Source: the human T2T-CHM13v2.0 reference genome, Homo sapiens
Length of the DNA stretch: 64,000 nucleotides
Direction: 5' to 3' (one strand)
Assembly (NCBI RefSeq): GCF_009914755.1
Contig: NC_060944.1
Shown here: piece after piece, positions 45,420-62,095 of the stretch
Layout of the letters: each line of letters begins with the position of its first letter
How positions within the stretch are numbered: position 1 is the first letter of the stretch
The notes under the pieces: model-generated
Databases searched by the model: none
The model's input: only the letters and a program-made list of their open reading frames with translations
Told to the model about the DNA's origin: nothing
Program-made: the position numbers and the translations under genes

Positions 45420-45949
45420 ATAATAATAATGATAATGTGCAAATCAAGACTCCTGTGAAAGTGCAGCTTTGGTCTGTTGTAATCATGTCACTTGTCACCT
45501 GCACAATGCTCTCAGACTTGCAAAGCACTTCCTCATTACCTTGTCTCATTTAATGCAGTCCTCATGGCAACCTTGGCTTCTATTGTGGCTTCTCATTTCT
45601 GTTATGTCTACTCTTCCAAGATGCTTAGACACATGGGGGACTCAAGGCTGGGATGAAATCAGGGAATAACTGTAGTTGTCTGTCACATAATAATAAGCAT
45701 TTAGTACATGTTAGCTATTGATATGATTATGTTATGAACATTACTCTTACTATTATGGACTAGGATGGTCCTAGGCCTGTTCACCATTAGATAGATTCCT
45801 TGCCCTTGATCTGTTCTGCTCTGTATAATGGGGAGAGGTTGGAGTGGAGATTAGGGGGTGGGGAACAGGTTTCCCAAGCTCCTCAGCTGGCTTCTGATTT
45901 GATCAGCTAGATGCACTCTTAGGAGATTAGGAGGAGGGAGACTCCAGGT

Positions 45950-45999
45950 CATGTATGTCTGTCTGTCTGTGTCTGTCTGTCTCTCTTTGTCTCTCTTTA

Positions 46000-46049
<50 letters not shown>

Positions 46050-46065
46050 TGTGTGTCTATCTGTC
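45950..46065. repeat. (CT)n/(GT)n compound microsatellite inside an LTR33-like fragment
   Basis: Seen directly. Confidence 0.85.
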
Positions 46066-46592
46066 TCTCTCCCCACTAACCCTCTCTTCTTTAGGCAGAT
46101 GTTCTTGTAGCATCTCAGGCCAATGCTGGACTTCCCACCATAGCTTCTGTTTGTTGTTAATCTCTGAATTGGCTCATCTTTGCAACCAATTCCCTACATT
46201 AAATTCCTTCTGTTTGAAACATCTGGAGTTTGTATTTTTTTTTGCTGGGCCTTGATTAGTGGATGTACTAGGTACGTACATTTGAGCAAGTTACTTGCTG
46301 CATTAAAGTATTTTTATCCTGTGAAAAGTTGCTAATATCTCAACATTTTGTATTGAGCATAGAAAGTAAAACATATGGGCACATAGGCATCTCAGCACCT
46401 GGCACATAGCAGTCATTTTAAAAATTTAGTTTCTTCTTTCTTCATTAGAAAGAATTGTTATGTGCAAAGATCTCATTCTAGGGACTCCCTAGATAAAGAA
46501 ATAACTGAAACTATTACAGAATCAACAATGATTATTACAAAATTATGTGCCATACAGAATCTTGAAATACCTAAAAATACAATTACAGCATA

Positions 46593-47065
46593 TTGTCATA
46601 TAATTGTGTCCACCCAAAAGAATATGTTGAAGTCCTAACCCTCAGTACCTCAGAATGTTACCTTATTTGGAAATAGGGTTGTTGCAGATGTAATCTGTTC
46701 AAGATGAAACACTATACTGGAATAGGGTTGGCCTTAATCCAATTTGGCTGGTGTCTTTATAGGAGAAGATGCACAGACAGGGAAACAGGGAGAATGCAGT
46801 GTGAAGACAGAGGACTGGAGTAATGAATCTACAAGACGAGGATGCCAAAGATTGCCAGGCAACCTCCAAAAGCCAGGAAGAGGCAAGGAAGAATTACCCT
46901 TCAGATTCCAAAAGGAGTCTGGCCCTGCTAACACCTTGCTGTCAGACTCTTAGCCTCCAGAACTGTGAGTGAATAAATTTCTGTGTGTTGTTTTTTTGTT
47001 TGTTGTTTTTTTTGCCACACACAGTTTGTGGTGCTTTGTTGTAGCAGCCCTAGGAAATTAATAGA
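46593..47065 (+). mobile_element. MLT1B/C solo LTR
   Basis: aattgtgtccacccaaaag...gtcctaaccctcagtacctcagaatg...gcagccctaggaaattaata. Confidence 0.85.
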
Positions 47066-47094
47066 ATGGTAAGAAAAGATAATGAGTTGGTAGA

Positions 47095-47829
47095 ATTCTG
47101 TTGGCTCTTAACATTTTCATCCTGTTATACGGGCCCTGTATAATCCTTGGGAGCATGCATATGCCGAGATAGCATTCCCATGAGTAGGTTATGTTACATG
47201 GCACCCTTGACTCTAAGAAAGGGAGATTATTCTGAGTAGATCTGACATAGTAAGGTGAACTCTTAAAAAAGATGGAAATTCCTTCTGGCGAAAGAGATGT
47301 GTGGTGTCAGAACATTTTTATTTGAGAGACAGGCTCCATTTTTGGCTTTGAAGATGAAGGAAGCACATGACAAAGAATGTGTGTGGCCTCTAGGAGCTGA
47401 GAGTGGCCACCGGCTAATAGCCAGCAAAGAAATGGGGCCTTCAGTCCCACCATCACAAGGATCAGAATTCAACCAGCAACAAGGATGAGCCTAGAGCTAG
47501 GCATGGTGATGTATGCCTTTAGTCTCAGCTACTGGGGGAGGCTGAGGCAAGAGGATCAGCTGAGCTCAGGAGTTTCAGACCAGCCTGAGCAACACAGCAA
47601 TACCCCATCTCGAAAATCAAAACACAATGAGCTTGAAGCAGATTTTTATCCAGTGTCTCCAGATGAAAATTCAGCTCAGCTAACACCTTGACTCCAGCTT
47701 TGTGTTATATTGAAGAGATTCCAACCATGCTATGCCCAGGTTTCTAACCTACAGAACTCTGAGATCATAAATTATTTTAAGCTGCCAAGTTTGTGGTAAT
47801 TTCTTATGCAAAAATAGAAAACCAATACA
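47095..47829 (+). mobile_element. MLT1D/E LTR containing a FLAM (~47497-47625)
   Basis: gggagattattctg...ggcctctaggagctgagagtggcc...atagaaaaccaataca. Confidence 0.75.
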
Positions 47830-49057
47830 GGTAGGTACATTCACTCCTTAAAATTGTATGCAATTATTAAATTATAAAAATGCTAAAGGTCATAAAGAAA
47901 TATGCAAAATATGTGTAATATAGCATTAACTTTAAAATAACTGAAATAAAATGGTACTCTCTTCTGATGGTATCTATGCCAAATACATATTTATGTGGAT
48001 AAAACAAAAAATCAAAGAGACTTTGGATGTACTAGGGTGACAGGATTATTAGTTCAAAGTTGTCATTAGTCTTCTTTTATCATTTTAAGAATATAAAATA
48101 TTATAAAATTCAAGATTTTTCTTGCCCCCAGCCCACATTGAACAGACAGGATAGACTCTAATAGGAAGCATGGTGTCCTATGAGCCAAGCTACTTGAAAA
48201 AGAGAACCACATGAGAACTGACATCCTATAAAATTCCACTGGAGAGAGAGATTTCTCAGTTAGATTAATATATCACCACATCACAATGACTCATTTCTCT
48301 AGAAATTCCACACAGGCCCTCCTTGTGGCCATTCTCCTCCCTGCCCAAGAGAAAGAAACATAGACACCGTATACTTGGGGCTAAAATTGCAGCTTGTGTT
48401 AAGGGCCCAAGATAGCAGGCATGCTCTACACGTTCCACTTTGCATTTCCCGTAGGTCTCTGTCTTGGTCTTTCTCTTTCCATAGCTACCTCCTAAGTGGC
48501 TTGAACAAGTTGCTTAACATTCTGTGGCCTCAGTGCCCTATCATAATAAAGACATTATGAATGTATTACTTAATAAATTGTACTTCCCTCTTTTTCCATA
48601 TATTTGCTGTGTGATCTTAGGGAATACAGTCTCTAGCAGTTTCAGTTTTACAACACCTGAAATGGGTGATGACTACCCATGCCTACCTCCATAGGAATGT
48701 TGCTAGCATTGGCATTAACGAGCAGAATTACACTGTTAAAGGTCAAGCCAGAGAGAGGACACCAAATCCCATCCATAGCAGAGAGAATGGGCAGCAAGTG
48801 CTGCAAATGGAGGCTGCCAGGTGGAGGTGTACAGAGAGGTTTCTGCCTCAGAGAACTGAAAATCCAAATACTACATGGTGTAATGTAAACTCAGAGGCAT
48901 GCCAAGCTTGTAGCTTGCTTTGGTTATTAAAATGTGAGTACAAAGGACCTAAGGTCCTTCGGGACAGAAAGGGCCAGTGCTCAGTTCCCCACATCCTCTT
49001 TTCCTCTTTGTCATAGTCACCAGCAAAGTTACAGATGGCGGCTGCTCTATCATCTTG

Positions 49058-51502
49058 CAGTGTGTTACGGATGTTTGTCCCCTCCACAGAATCTCATGTT
49101 GAAATGTAATCTCCAGTGTTGGAGGTGGGACCTGGTGGAAGGTGTTTCGGTCATAGGGGTGGATCCATCACGAATGGCTTGATGGCCTCCTTGCAGTAAT
49201 AAGTTCACATAGATCTGGTTATTTAAAAGAGCCTAGGACTTTTCTTCTCTCTCCCTTGCTCCCTTTCTTGCCATGTGACAAGCAGGCTCCCTTTTGCCTT
49301 CCACCATTATTGGAAGCTTCCTGGGGCCCTTGCTAGAAATAGATGCTACCAGTATGCTTTGTGTACAGCCTGTAGAACCATTAGCCAAATAGACCTTTTT
49401 TCTTTATAAATTACCCAACCTCAGATATTCCTTTATAGCAATGTAAAATGGACTAACACAGAAAATTGGTACCAGGAATGGAGTGTTGCTATAAAAGTAC
49501 CTGAAGATGTTGAACTGGTTTTTGAACTGGTAATGGGCAGAGGCTGGAAGAGTTTGGAGATTTCAGAAAAAGAGAGGGAGATGAGGGAAAGTTTGGAACG
49601 TCTTAGAGACTTGTTAAGTGGTTGTGACCAAAATGCTGATAGAAATACGGACAGTGAAGGCCAGGCTGATGAGGTCTTAGATGGAAATGAAGGATTTATT
49701 AGGGACTAGAATAAAGGTCACTCATGTTACACCCTAGCAAAAAACTTGGCTGCATTATGCTCATGCCCTAAGAATCTGTGGAAGGTTGAACTTAAGAGTG
49801 ATGACTTAGGGTAACTGGCAGAATAAATTTCTAAGCAGCAAAGTGTTCAAGATATGGCCTGGCTGCTTCTAATAGCCTATGATCAGATGTGGGAACAAAG
49901 GAGTGACCAAGTTCAGAACTTATAATTAAAAGAAAAGCAGAAAGTATAACATTGGAAAATCTGCAGCCTGGCCATATGGGAGAGAAAGAAAGAACTTTTT
50001 CAGAAGAGGAATTCAAGTGGGCTATAGAGAAACCATTTGCTAGAGAGATTAGCATGACTAAAAGGGAGACAAGGGCTAATAGCCAAGACAATGGGGGAAA
50101 GGCCTTAAATCCATTTCAGAGATCCTCAGTACAGCCCCTCCCATCACAGGCCCAGAGGCATAGGAGGAAAGAATGGTTTTAGGGGCCAGGCATGGGACCC
50201 TTCTGCCCTGCCCAGCCTCAGGACACTGCTCCCTATATCCTGGCTGCTCCAGCTCCCACTGTGGCTCAAAGGGCCCCAGATACAGCTCAGGTTGCCAGCC
50301 CAGAGGGCACAATCCATAAGCCTTGGAAGCTTCCACATGGTGTTATGTTTGCAAGTGCACAGAATGCAGGCTTTCTGATACATCCTCTGAAATCTAGGTG
50401 GAAGCTGGTAAGCATCCTTCACTCTTGCACTCTGGCCTGCCACAAGGGCAGAGCCCTGCAAAGAGACTCTACTAGAGCAGTGCCATGGAGAAATGTGGGG
50501 CTGGAGCCCCCACAAAGATTCCCCACCAGGGTACTGCACAGTGGAATTGTGGGAATGAGGGCCACTGCCCTCCAGATCCCAGAATGGTAGAGCCACCAGC
50601 AGCTTGTACTCTGAGCCTGAAAAAACAGAAGGTACTCAACTCCAACCCATGAGAGCAGCCACATGGGCTGTGTCCAAGAAAGCCACAGGGACAGGAATGC
50701 CCAAGGCCTTGGGAGCCCACCCCTTGCACCAATGTGCCTTAGATATGGGACATAGAGTCAAAGGAGGTTGTTTTAGAGCTTTAAGATTTAATGCCTGCCC
50801 TGCTGGGTTCCAGACTTGCATGGGGCCTGTTGCCCTTTTCTTCGGGCCAATTTCTCCCTTCTGGAATGGCAGTGTTTACCTAATCCTGTACTACTATTGC
50901 ATCTTTGAAATAAATAACTTGTTTTTGGTATTGTAGGCTCATGGATGGAAGGAACTTGTTTTGAGTCTCAGATAAGACTATGAACTTTTGACTTCTGAGT
51001 GGATGCTCTAATAAGTTAAGACTTTGGGGAACTACTGGGAAGAAATGAATGTGTTTTGCATGTGAGAAGGACATGATATTTGGGGTCCAGGGGTGGAATG
51101 ATATAGTTTGAATGTTTGCCCCCTCTACAAATCTCTTGTTGAAAAGTAATCCCCAGTGTGGGAGGTGGGACCTGGTGGGAGGTGTTTGGGTCATGGGGGG
51201 CAGATCCCTCATGAATGTCTTAAGGCTCTCCCTGTGGTAATCCATTCACATGAGATCTGGTTGTTTAAAAGAGCCCAGCACCTCCACCTCTCTCTTGCTC
51301 CATCTCTTGCCATGTGACATAATGGTTTCCCTTTGCCTTCCACCATGATTGGAAGCCTCCTGAGGCCCTCACCAGAAGCAAATGCTGGCACTATGCTTCA
51401 TATACAGCTTACACAACCATGCAGAGCCAAATAAACCTCTTTTCTTTATAAATTTTTCATTCTCAGGTATTTCTTTATAGTGATTCAAAATGAACTAGCA
51501 CA
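49058..51502 (+). mobile_element. Complete MST (MSTB-like) MaLR element: LTR 49058-49460, internal region, LTR 51099-51502
   Basis: Two homologous LTRs; internal region starts gaaaattggtacc; 5-bp TSD TCTTG at 49053 and 51503. Confidence 0.9.
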
Positions 51503-52489
51503 TCTTGGATCCCATGTATAGAGTAGAGCCCTATCCAAATGCCAAGGAATATGAACAAATTGAACTTTTTTTTTTCTAGCCTCGGACTTATGGGGCTGTT
51601 TGTTACTGCAGCATTACCTCCTGCATCCTATCTAGTATAGCTTTAAGCTACTCTCCCCCTCTAACAAGTGGAGAAAATGAGGCTGACAGATGAAATCATT
51701 GGCTCAAAAGCACATGGCTACCACTGATAGAACCAAGACTCAAGTTCAGGTGGCCTGACTCCACAGCCCATGACTCTCATTCACTGTGGAAACTTCCCTC
51801 TGCCCCTTGATGCCTGGATAACCCAACATTGTGTTCAAGTGGAAGCAGGGATGTCACAAGAATCCCACTTTAAAATGAGCAGTATACTGTGCCATTCATT
51901 ACCTGGACTAATGAGACAAAGGTGATGCAGGAGATGCCAAGCATGAGGGCATTCTGACAGCAAGAGGTATCTCATTAGGAAAATAATCCTGAATGACATT
52001 GTTCTTCTCTCAACAGGCTCCCGAAGAGGTCCAGGTGCCAAGATAGTCCCTTTCCCCAAGTCCCACAGGATCTAATTGTGGGTTCTGCCCTGCCTGGATG
52101 TCAGCTTAGATTTTCTCAGGCCACAACTGGCTTGGCAGTGGGTATGTTAGCCCTGATTTTAAGAGAAGCAAACATTATGTAGCAGCCCAAAAAAGAAGCC
52201 CCTACTGAGAACTTTGGGTACTAAGAGACAGGTTCTATGTACTCCTCCCAGTTGATGATACTCAGTGAGATGACATGTTTGCCAGGGACAGTACACATCT
52301 GTGCACCCTGAGGTTATGCAAGATCACTCAGGCTAAACAGTTAGGATACCCAGATTCACGACCACCTCAAAAACAGACTATCAGCGTGACCTTGGTTCTA
52401 TCTCTGAGCCCTGGACTCCCTATTCATAGCACAAGAGAAATGGAAAAGTGATATGTAAGGTGATTTCCAGCTTAAAATATAATAATAAA

Positions 52490-52973
52490 AACTGATGTCA
52501 ACTCTCACACATAGCTGATAGGCCTATAAATTGGTACATCCCCTATGGAGAATAATTTGGCCATATCTATCAAAGTTAAAAATGTTTAGCAATCTCAGAC
52601 CTAGGAATTATGCTAAAGATATGCTTGCACAGTGAAATAATGTTTGCTCAAAGTAATTCATTGCAATATTGTTTGTAACAGGAAAAAACTGAAAGCAATC
52701 CAAATGCCCACCTATAGAACCCAAGTAAATAAATGATGGTGCGTGCATACAATGGAATATCCCAGAGCTATGAGAAAGGAGGAAGCTCTTTATGTCTGAA
52801 TGCAGAAATACATCCAAGATACATTAAGTGGAAAAAAATAAAGCCAAAAGAGTTTTTGAAATACGCTACAATTTATGTAAGAAAAAGAAGATAATATGAT
52901 GGGGATTTAATTTTGATTAATCTACACATGAAATACCTTTGGAAAGATATACATACACATACACACGTACACG

Positions 52974-53012
<39 letters not shown>

Positions 53013-53130
53013 ACATTGGTAATCTCCAGGGAAGAGAAATGTGTGGCTAGGATAAGGAATAAAAAGAGTAATTTTCAGTGTACCTTTTTCTTTCTTTTGA
53101 TTTTTTGAACCACATAAATATATTACCACA
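52490..53130 (+). mobile_element. L1MC/ME 3' fragment with (CA)n at 52950-53007
   Basis: ttcattgcaatattgtttgtaac...aatccaaatgcccacc. Confidence 0.65.
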
Positions 53131-53448
53131 AAAAAATGAGTAACATTGCAATATTTTTAACTGCTGCCAGCCAGGGGTTGAATAAGAATCAAGAAAATTC
53201 CCAAAAGCACATTCTGAAGATGCTGACGAATCTCAAGTATCTTCCTCCTGGAGCCCACTACCCAAAGGTTTCTCATGGGCAAAATTTTTCTCTTCTCTAT
53301 TCCCAGTATACATTGTATTATCTGCCTTCCTATCATCCATTGCTCTTCAGAAATTTCACCATATACCTTAAATGAAACTGTAAGACTTTTAACATTTTCT
53401 TTTCAATTTTGAAAAAAATGAACTTAGGGATAAGTGAAGGAAGACATG

Positions 53449-53868
53449 TGATACAGTTTGGATGTGTGTCCCTGCCAGACTGCACTAAAATGTAACCCCG
53501 ATTGTTGGAGGTGGGATGTAGTGGGAGGTGACTGGATCATGGGAGCGGATTTCTCACAAATAGTTTAGCACCATCCCTCTTGGTACTGTCCTTACTATAG
53601 TGAGTGAGTTCTCTTAAAAGCTGGTCATTTAAAAGTGCATAGCACCTCCCCCTCTCTCTTCCTCCAGTTCGGGCCATGTGACATGCCTGCTTCCCCTTTG
53701 CCTTCTGCCATGACTATAAGTTTCCTGAGACCTCCCCAGAAGCCTAGCAGGTGATAGCATTACGTTTCCTGTATAACCTGCAGAACCATGAGCCAATTAA
53801 ATCTCTTTCTTTATAAATTATCCAGTCTCAGGTATTTCTTTATAGCAACGCAAGAATGGACTAAGACA
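53449..53868 (+). mobile_element. MSTA solo LTR
   Basis: tgatacagtttggatgtgtgtcc...gaatggactaagaca; TSD ACATG/ACACG. Confidence 0.9.
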
Positions 53869-54349
53869 ACACGGAAAGAAGTAAGCAGAACCAAGCTCTA
53901 GGTAGGGCTCTCATTTCCCATGCAGCTGTTGGGTGAGCACCTTGCCCTCTCAGAGCCTCAGTTTCCCCACTGGTTCAAAAAGAGCTATGGGATAGCTGAG
54001 GTCTCAGGTCTACTTCCTTCCAGCTTTATGTTTCTGGGGTTCTAAGAATCATGTGGAATAGAGAAAAGGCAAGACCACATTTTGGAGGAAACTTTGGACC
54101 AGCTGCCTGATGAGCATTTTCTCACTTTACTGTCATCTGGCAACATCCTAAATGAACCAATGAGTGTCCAGATGGGGGCCAAACTATGAGTCAAATCAAC
54201 ACACACTCACTTATTATTTATGTACAAATTCTGTGACAGGTGCAGTATTAGAAGCCAGAAATACAACTATAAACAGGATACAATTCTGCCTGGACAGAGA
54301 TCATAGTATAAAGTACACTATGTAGCAGACAAAAAGGTGATTTCAGTCT

Positions 54350-55830
54350 CCAGCATCTCATGACAAACACGTCCACATCTGGCCACAACTGACTAACTGG
54401 CACTTAACTTGGTATCCTGCCAAAACAATCAAAACACTACAAAAATATATGAGTGATTTTTTCCAGCACAGTATTTTGATCATTGATAGCGAAGAAATAC
54501 AGAAGTGAGACTCATGTTTGTCTTGGCTTTCTGCCTGGTGGTTATTTTCTAGACCCGACACAGAGAGGTGGAGGCCAAACAGCATCGCAGTCTTGTTGAA
54601 CTGAGGAACCCGAATTAGAGTTCTGGGCTGCTGACTCATCTGGAATTTGTGAGGAAGGGTACCAGAGAGTTCATATGGGGAGTACCTGTTAGAATTTGGA
54701 TATTGGCTGGCCTGCATATTTGCAAGGTAAAACTCTGTAAGGTCTAGAAAAGAGTGGTTGATGCAGGGCTGAGAGCTGAACAGAAATGTGAGAGGTTGAC
54801 CAGTGCTGGGAACCTCTGGAATCCTGGCCCACCTGCAGTGGAGTTGCAGTTGAGGCTTCAGAAAGAGCAGGTTATAGTAGTGAATATTACATCAAAATCA
54901 AAGTAAGGCACACACATGAAGATAACTGATAAGCCAAAATAGATCCCTCCTAACAAAGTATAAGACAATAATGACAGTTTCAGAAGGACACGCCGGTAAT
55001 TTAACTGCTTACCAGGATAAAATTCAATACCATTTAAGTCCAATCAATATAATCCAGACCACCTACAGCAAACTATCTACCATTCTTAGGTAACAAACAG
55101 GACATAAATAAGTAATTAGATAGGCAAACAAATAAGGAGTAAAATGAACAGATCCCAAGATAATTCAGATGTTAGAATTTGCAGATGAGAACTTTAAAAT
55201 AGATACTATAAATATTTTTGAAAGATTTAAAGAAAATTGGATATAATGGGAGGATAGCTAGGAAATCACAGCAGAGACATCAGAAGTAAGAAAATAAAAA
55301 TAAAAATCTGATGACTAAAAACTACCATATCTAAAATAAAAAGCTTACTCTGGGGTTAGTAGCAGTGCAGGCACTGCAGAAGAAAGAGTCCTTGAATATA
55401 AAAGCAGATCAACAGAACTAATCCAGTCTGAACAATGGATACATATACACAAATATTAAAAAATAAAGAGACTTTGCAACCCGTGACAGTGCAGAAAAAT
55501 ATCTTTAACACATTTCTGAGAATTTTAAAAAAACATAAGGAACCAAGAGAGATACCATATTCATGGATTGGAAGGTTCCAATTAAGTGGTAGATTCTCCC
55601 AAAATTGCTCTACAGACTTAGCGTAAATTTTGATCAAAATCCCAAAAGTATTTTTTCTTTTTAAATAAATCAACATATTGGTGCTAAAGCTTGTATGGAA
55701 GTATAAAGAACCAAAAATAGTTAAAACAATCTTGATTAAAAGAGTCCATGTGCAAATCCAGAGATATATGGGAACTTTATACTTTTTACTCACATTTGCT
55801 GTGAACCTAACACTGCTCTAAAAAATAAAA
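54350..55830 (+). mobile_element. Old L1M 5'/ORF1/ORF2 fragments
   Basis: …REIPYSWIGR in ORF 55435; A-rich L1-like sequence. Confidence 0.6.
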
Positions 55831-56078
55831 TACATTGTTTAAAAAGTACTTGTGCAGTGGGACTTGCTCTATTGCACTTCTGTTGTAAGAATCTTCCACT
55901 CTTGGTGGCTGCTCCCACGGTTCTGGGTCTCAGAATGAAAAAAGAGCATAGATCTGAGCTGGCCAGACCCACAGCTTGAATAGAGATGCTCTGCTAAATA
56001 GCTCGGATCAGCTGACTCCTAACTAAACCACAGACATGTGAGCAAAAAAATAATTGCTATTTAAAAAAAAATTGCAGA

Positions 56079-57038
<960 letters not shown>

Positions 57039-57045
57039 GCAGAGG

Positions 57046-58680
<1,635 letters not shown>

Positions 58681-58699
58681 ACACACCAAAAAATAAGGA

Positions 58700-61500
58700 A
58701 CTGCAAGAGTCCAGTTGAGAGCTGACGAGAGCCAATGCAGTGATACTAGTGATGGTAGGAAAGATACATAGTCAAGAAATATTCAGGAGCTAAGTTGGTG
58801 GGTCTGTTTTAATTGAACATATGCAGGGATGGAGTAGGGCGAGGACTGAGGAAAAGGCAGGAATCTGAAATGAATCTTAGGTTTCTTTTTAGCTTCGCTG
58901 AAGAAATGAATGGTTGAGCCAATGATGGAGATGAAAACTTCGAGAAGAACATGTTGAGTTGAAGTGCCTGTGGCAATCCACAGGAATAACTCCAACAGCT
59001 AGTTAATCGTAAGTTCAGCAGAACTGTCCGCGCAAGAGATATGGGTGTGGGAGTCATCAGCCTCCCTGGTCATAATTAAAATAATGAGATTGGATAGACT
59101 CACTCACAAAGAGAAATATGAAGGGGTATGGTAGCCAGCACTCTGGGGAACATTATATTTAAGGGAAAGGCCCAGAAACAGAAAGCTGTGACCAAGACAG
59201 AAAAGGTTCAGCTGTAGAAATTGTTAAGAAACCAAGAGATATAGTTATGGAAGCCCAGTCCTGAGGGAAAGTCCTGAAAAACTGTGGCCAATAAAGTGAC
59301 TTCTCTCCAACAGCTTGGCAGGAAGGCAAGAAGTTAGCTCTATAGCCGTGGTCCTTGGGCAAGTTATTTCTCCCCTCTGAGCCTCATTTTTTTCAGCTCC
59401 AATGTGGGAATGTTACAGCTAAAGAGTATTGTTAAAGGCTATTGTGAGAAGTAAATAAGACAATGCATATGAAGTGTTTAGCAAATAGTGAAAGGTCTAT
59501 GGTCATGGTGACCTATAGAAACTATGAGCAAATCAAGCAGGGTGTTCTTTCTCAGGATGAGAGAGATAGGGATATGTTTAGAGACCAAACAGAAGAGCCA
59601 GTGTATAAACGTCACTGGATACCCAGAGAAGAAGCAGAAAGGGCAGCCCCACGTCCCCAGGTAGATGGAAACACCTGCCACTCTGACACAGGGTAAGAAC
59701 GGATGTGGAGAAAGACACATCTGACAAAGAAGTGGTAGATGAAGCAACGAAAGGGGTCATTCCTACCAAAGGCCTCCGCCATGAACTCACATGCATTTGG
59801 GCAAGACCCCTAGGTGTGGGACAATCGGTGCAGATACTAGAGATATTGTAAGAAATAACAAGTTTCATTTAACTCACTTACTCATCATTTAGCCACTCAC
59901 CTTTGACACATACTAAATGCCTACTGGGTGATTTACAGGGAAAAAAGAAATCCTTCATACCCTTGAGGAGATAACAGTTCCACTGGGATGCTGAACAAGG
60001 AAGAAAAGTGCAGTGAATATATATTGAACATTGCCTTTGTACCGAACCGTGGGCTTACATGCATGATAAATGATATCATGTGTATCCCTTAGCAGAATGG
60101 GAGGTAAAAATCACTATTCCCATTTTACATATGTGAATACTGAGGCATGAAAATTTAACTGATTAGCCCAAGGTCACATGGTTGTGTCTGACTGGTAGTG
60201 CAATAAGAGAATGCATATAAGCAAGTGATTGCAAGGAAGTAAGGTGAGATGTGTGTTGCAGAGGTGGGAATTATGGAGGGGTCAATGAAGAAACTGACGT
60301 ATAAGTTAGATTCCGAAATAAGAGTTAAAGAAAAAGGGTCAAAGGCAAGAAAAAACTGACGAATGTTCCATTGTCACCAGAATATATGTGTCCACAGCTC
60401 ACTCCTTGTATAGAGAGAAGTTGTCTATAAGTCGTGCTTGCCTCCCCATTATCAAAATGTGGCTCCTTCTTGAATAAGTACAATTCATTATCATGACTGA
60501 AGTTATACTGGATTTTCTCCAAGCTTTCCTGAGTATGCAGAATTGTCCTTCTGCACTGTCAAATCCCCAGATCACATACTTAGCAGCTGTTTTCAAGATA
60601 TTTTGTCAGAATTGCTTGTCATAGAGGCATAGAATAATGTGTCGCAGGCATTTTTGAATATAACTGTCTCTCACTAGAGAGTTGGGGTCCAGTAACCTTG
60701 ATGAGCTTAGGAAGCTCGAGAGACCTCCTGGCATGCAGCCCTGTGCTTACCCTGTCTGCCTGCACACTGTCCCAGATGCTCTGAGCTCACAGCCTGTCAA
60801 TGTGAAAAGACAAACACACAACTGACAAAGTGTAACAAGTGTCAAACAAGAGGAATGTGGGACAGAACGAAGTGTTAGCTCTACACAGACAGCACTCCTC
60901 CAAGGAGGTCAGACCACGGTTCAAGCAGCATGAACAAAAAGCAGGGAGTTTGCATGTTCAAGGGTAACTTCATGAACAAAAGTTACTTGGGCCTGAAAGA
61001 AGGCAAACCCAGGGACAGGATGCCTGGAAATGAGGAGATGAAGGGTACTTGAAGTCAGACTCAAAAGTTAAAATGTATCTTAAAGGCAGCAGGGAGCCCC
61101 TGAAAGACAAGGAACAAGGGGATGTCAAGGGAAGTGCATGATGGTGAACTGGAGATGAGATGGATCCACAGGAGGCAGGGTTGTGGAGGCCTCATGTGAT
61201 GGGAGGATGTGGGTGTCACTCAGGTCTTGGCGGTGTGGGTGGATGGAAGCGTGGTGGGTGGGCAGCGAATATGTGTAATGCTGTTGTAATCAGGCGACCA
61301 ATCAGACAAGGGCTGGGGAGGGAGCAGTCGGGCTGGCCCTCAGGCTTCTGGTTGGACAAGTGGATACACAGCCATGCTGAGAAACGGACACAAACAAAGA
61401 AGCAGGTTAGGGGAAGAGGGTCAGTCAGTGCAGTTTGGGGTGTGAATGGACTGTGGGACCTGCAGGCTCTGCAGCATCCTGGGGCTGACATCAGAGCAGC
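58700..61500. mobile_element. Cluster of L2 and MIR fragments
   Basis: L2 antisense motifs (gacatgttgagttgaagtgcc; gggagtcatcagc) and MIR cores (ccttgggcaagttattt...ctctgagcctca). Confidence 0.55.
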
Positions 61501-61984
61501 AAGTTTCCCTTGTCATTCCTATCATGAGCCAGTTTCATAGTCAGGTTTCTGGCCTTTTCCAAGGAAATCCCTGCTGCCATGTGCATCCATGCACGCACAC
61601 ACAGGTGCATCCCTCACCTCCATCTCCTAATTGCACAGACACCTCCCTCCACTTATCAACAGGCCAACCCATTTCAGACCATCAGTAAAATGCCATTTAG
61701 TGATAACCTCCCAGTGATGTCTGATCCTTTGGTGGCTGCTGCCACATCCCCCAGGGACTCATGAAATTGTGTCTGTCTTGATACTCTGCTGGGGCCACTT
61801 TGTGGAAGGATGCCAATGCCCCCATGTTGCCAGAGGTATCTGCACCTGTTCCCTTTCCCTTCCTTGCAGCATCTAGCACTGTGCTCAGCTGCATTGGGAA
61901 ATCCTGCTTGCTGGCCTCTTTGCTTCCTCCCAAGTGTCCTCCCTTCCTCTCTGCACATTCTTCTCACCATATCGGGTCTATGAG

Positions 61985-62095
61985 TCACCTGATGAACTTG
62001 TTAAAACACAGATTCTGATTCAGTCGGTGGGGTGGGGGGTGTCCAGAATTCTGCATTTCAAACTCCAAGGTGATGCCAATCCTGCTGGTCTCCAG
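61985..62095. mobile_element. MER5A fragment
   Basis: cttgttaaaacacagattctgattcagt...ctgcatttcaaactccaaggtgatgcc. Confidence 0.65.

Noticed and set aside
49831-51391. Dense overlapping ORFs
   Set aside because: Decayed MaLR internal and LTR sequence.
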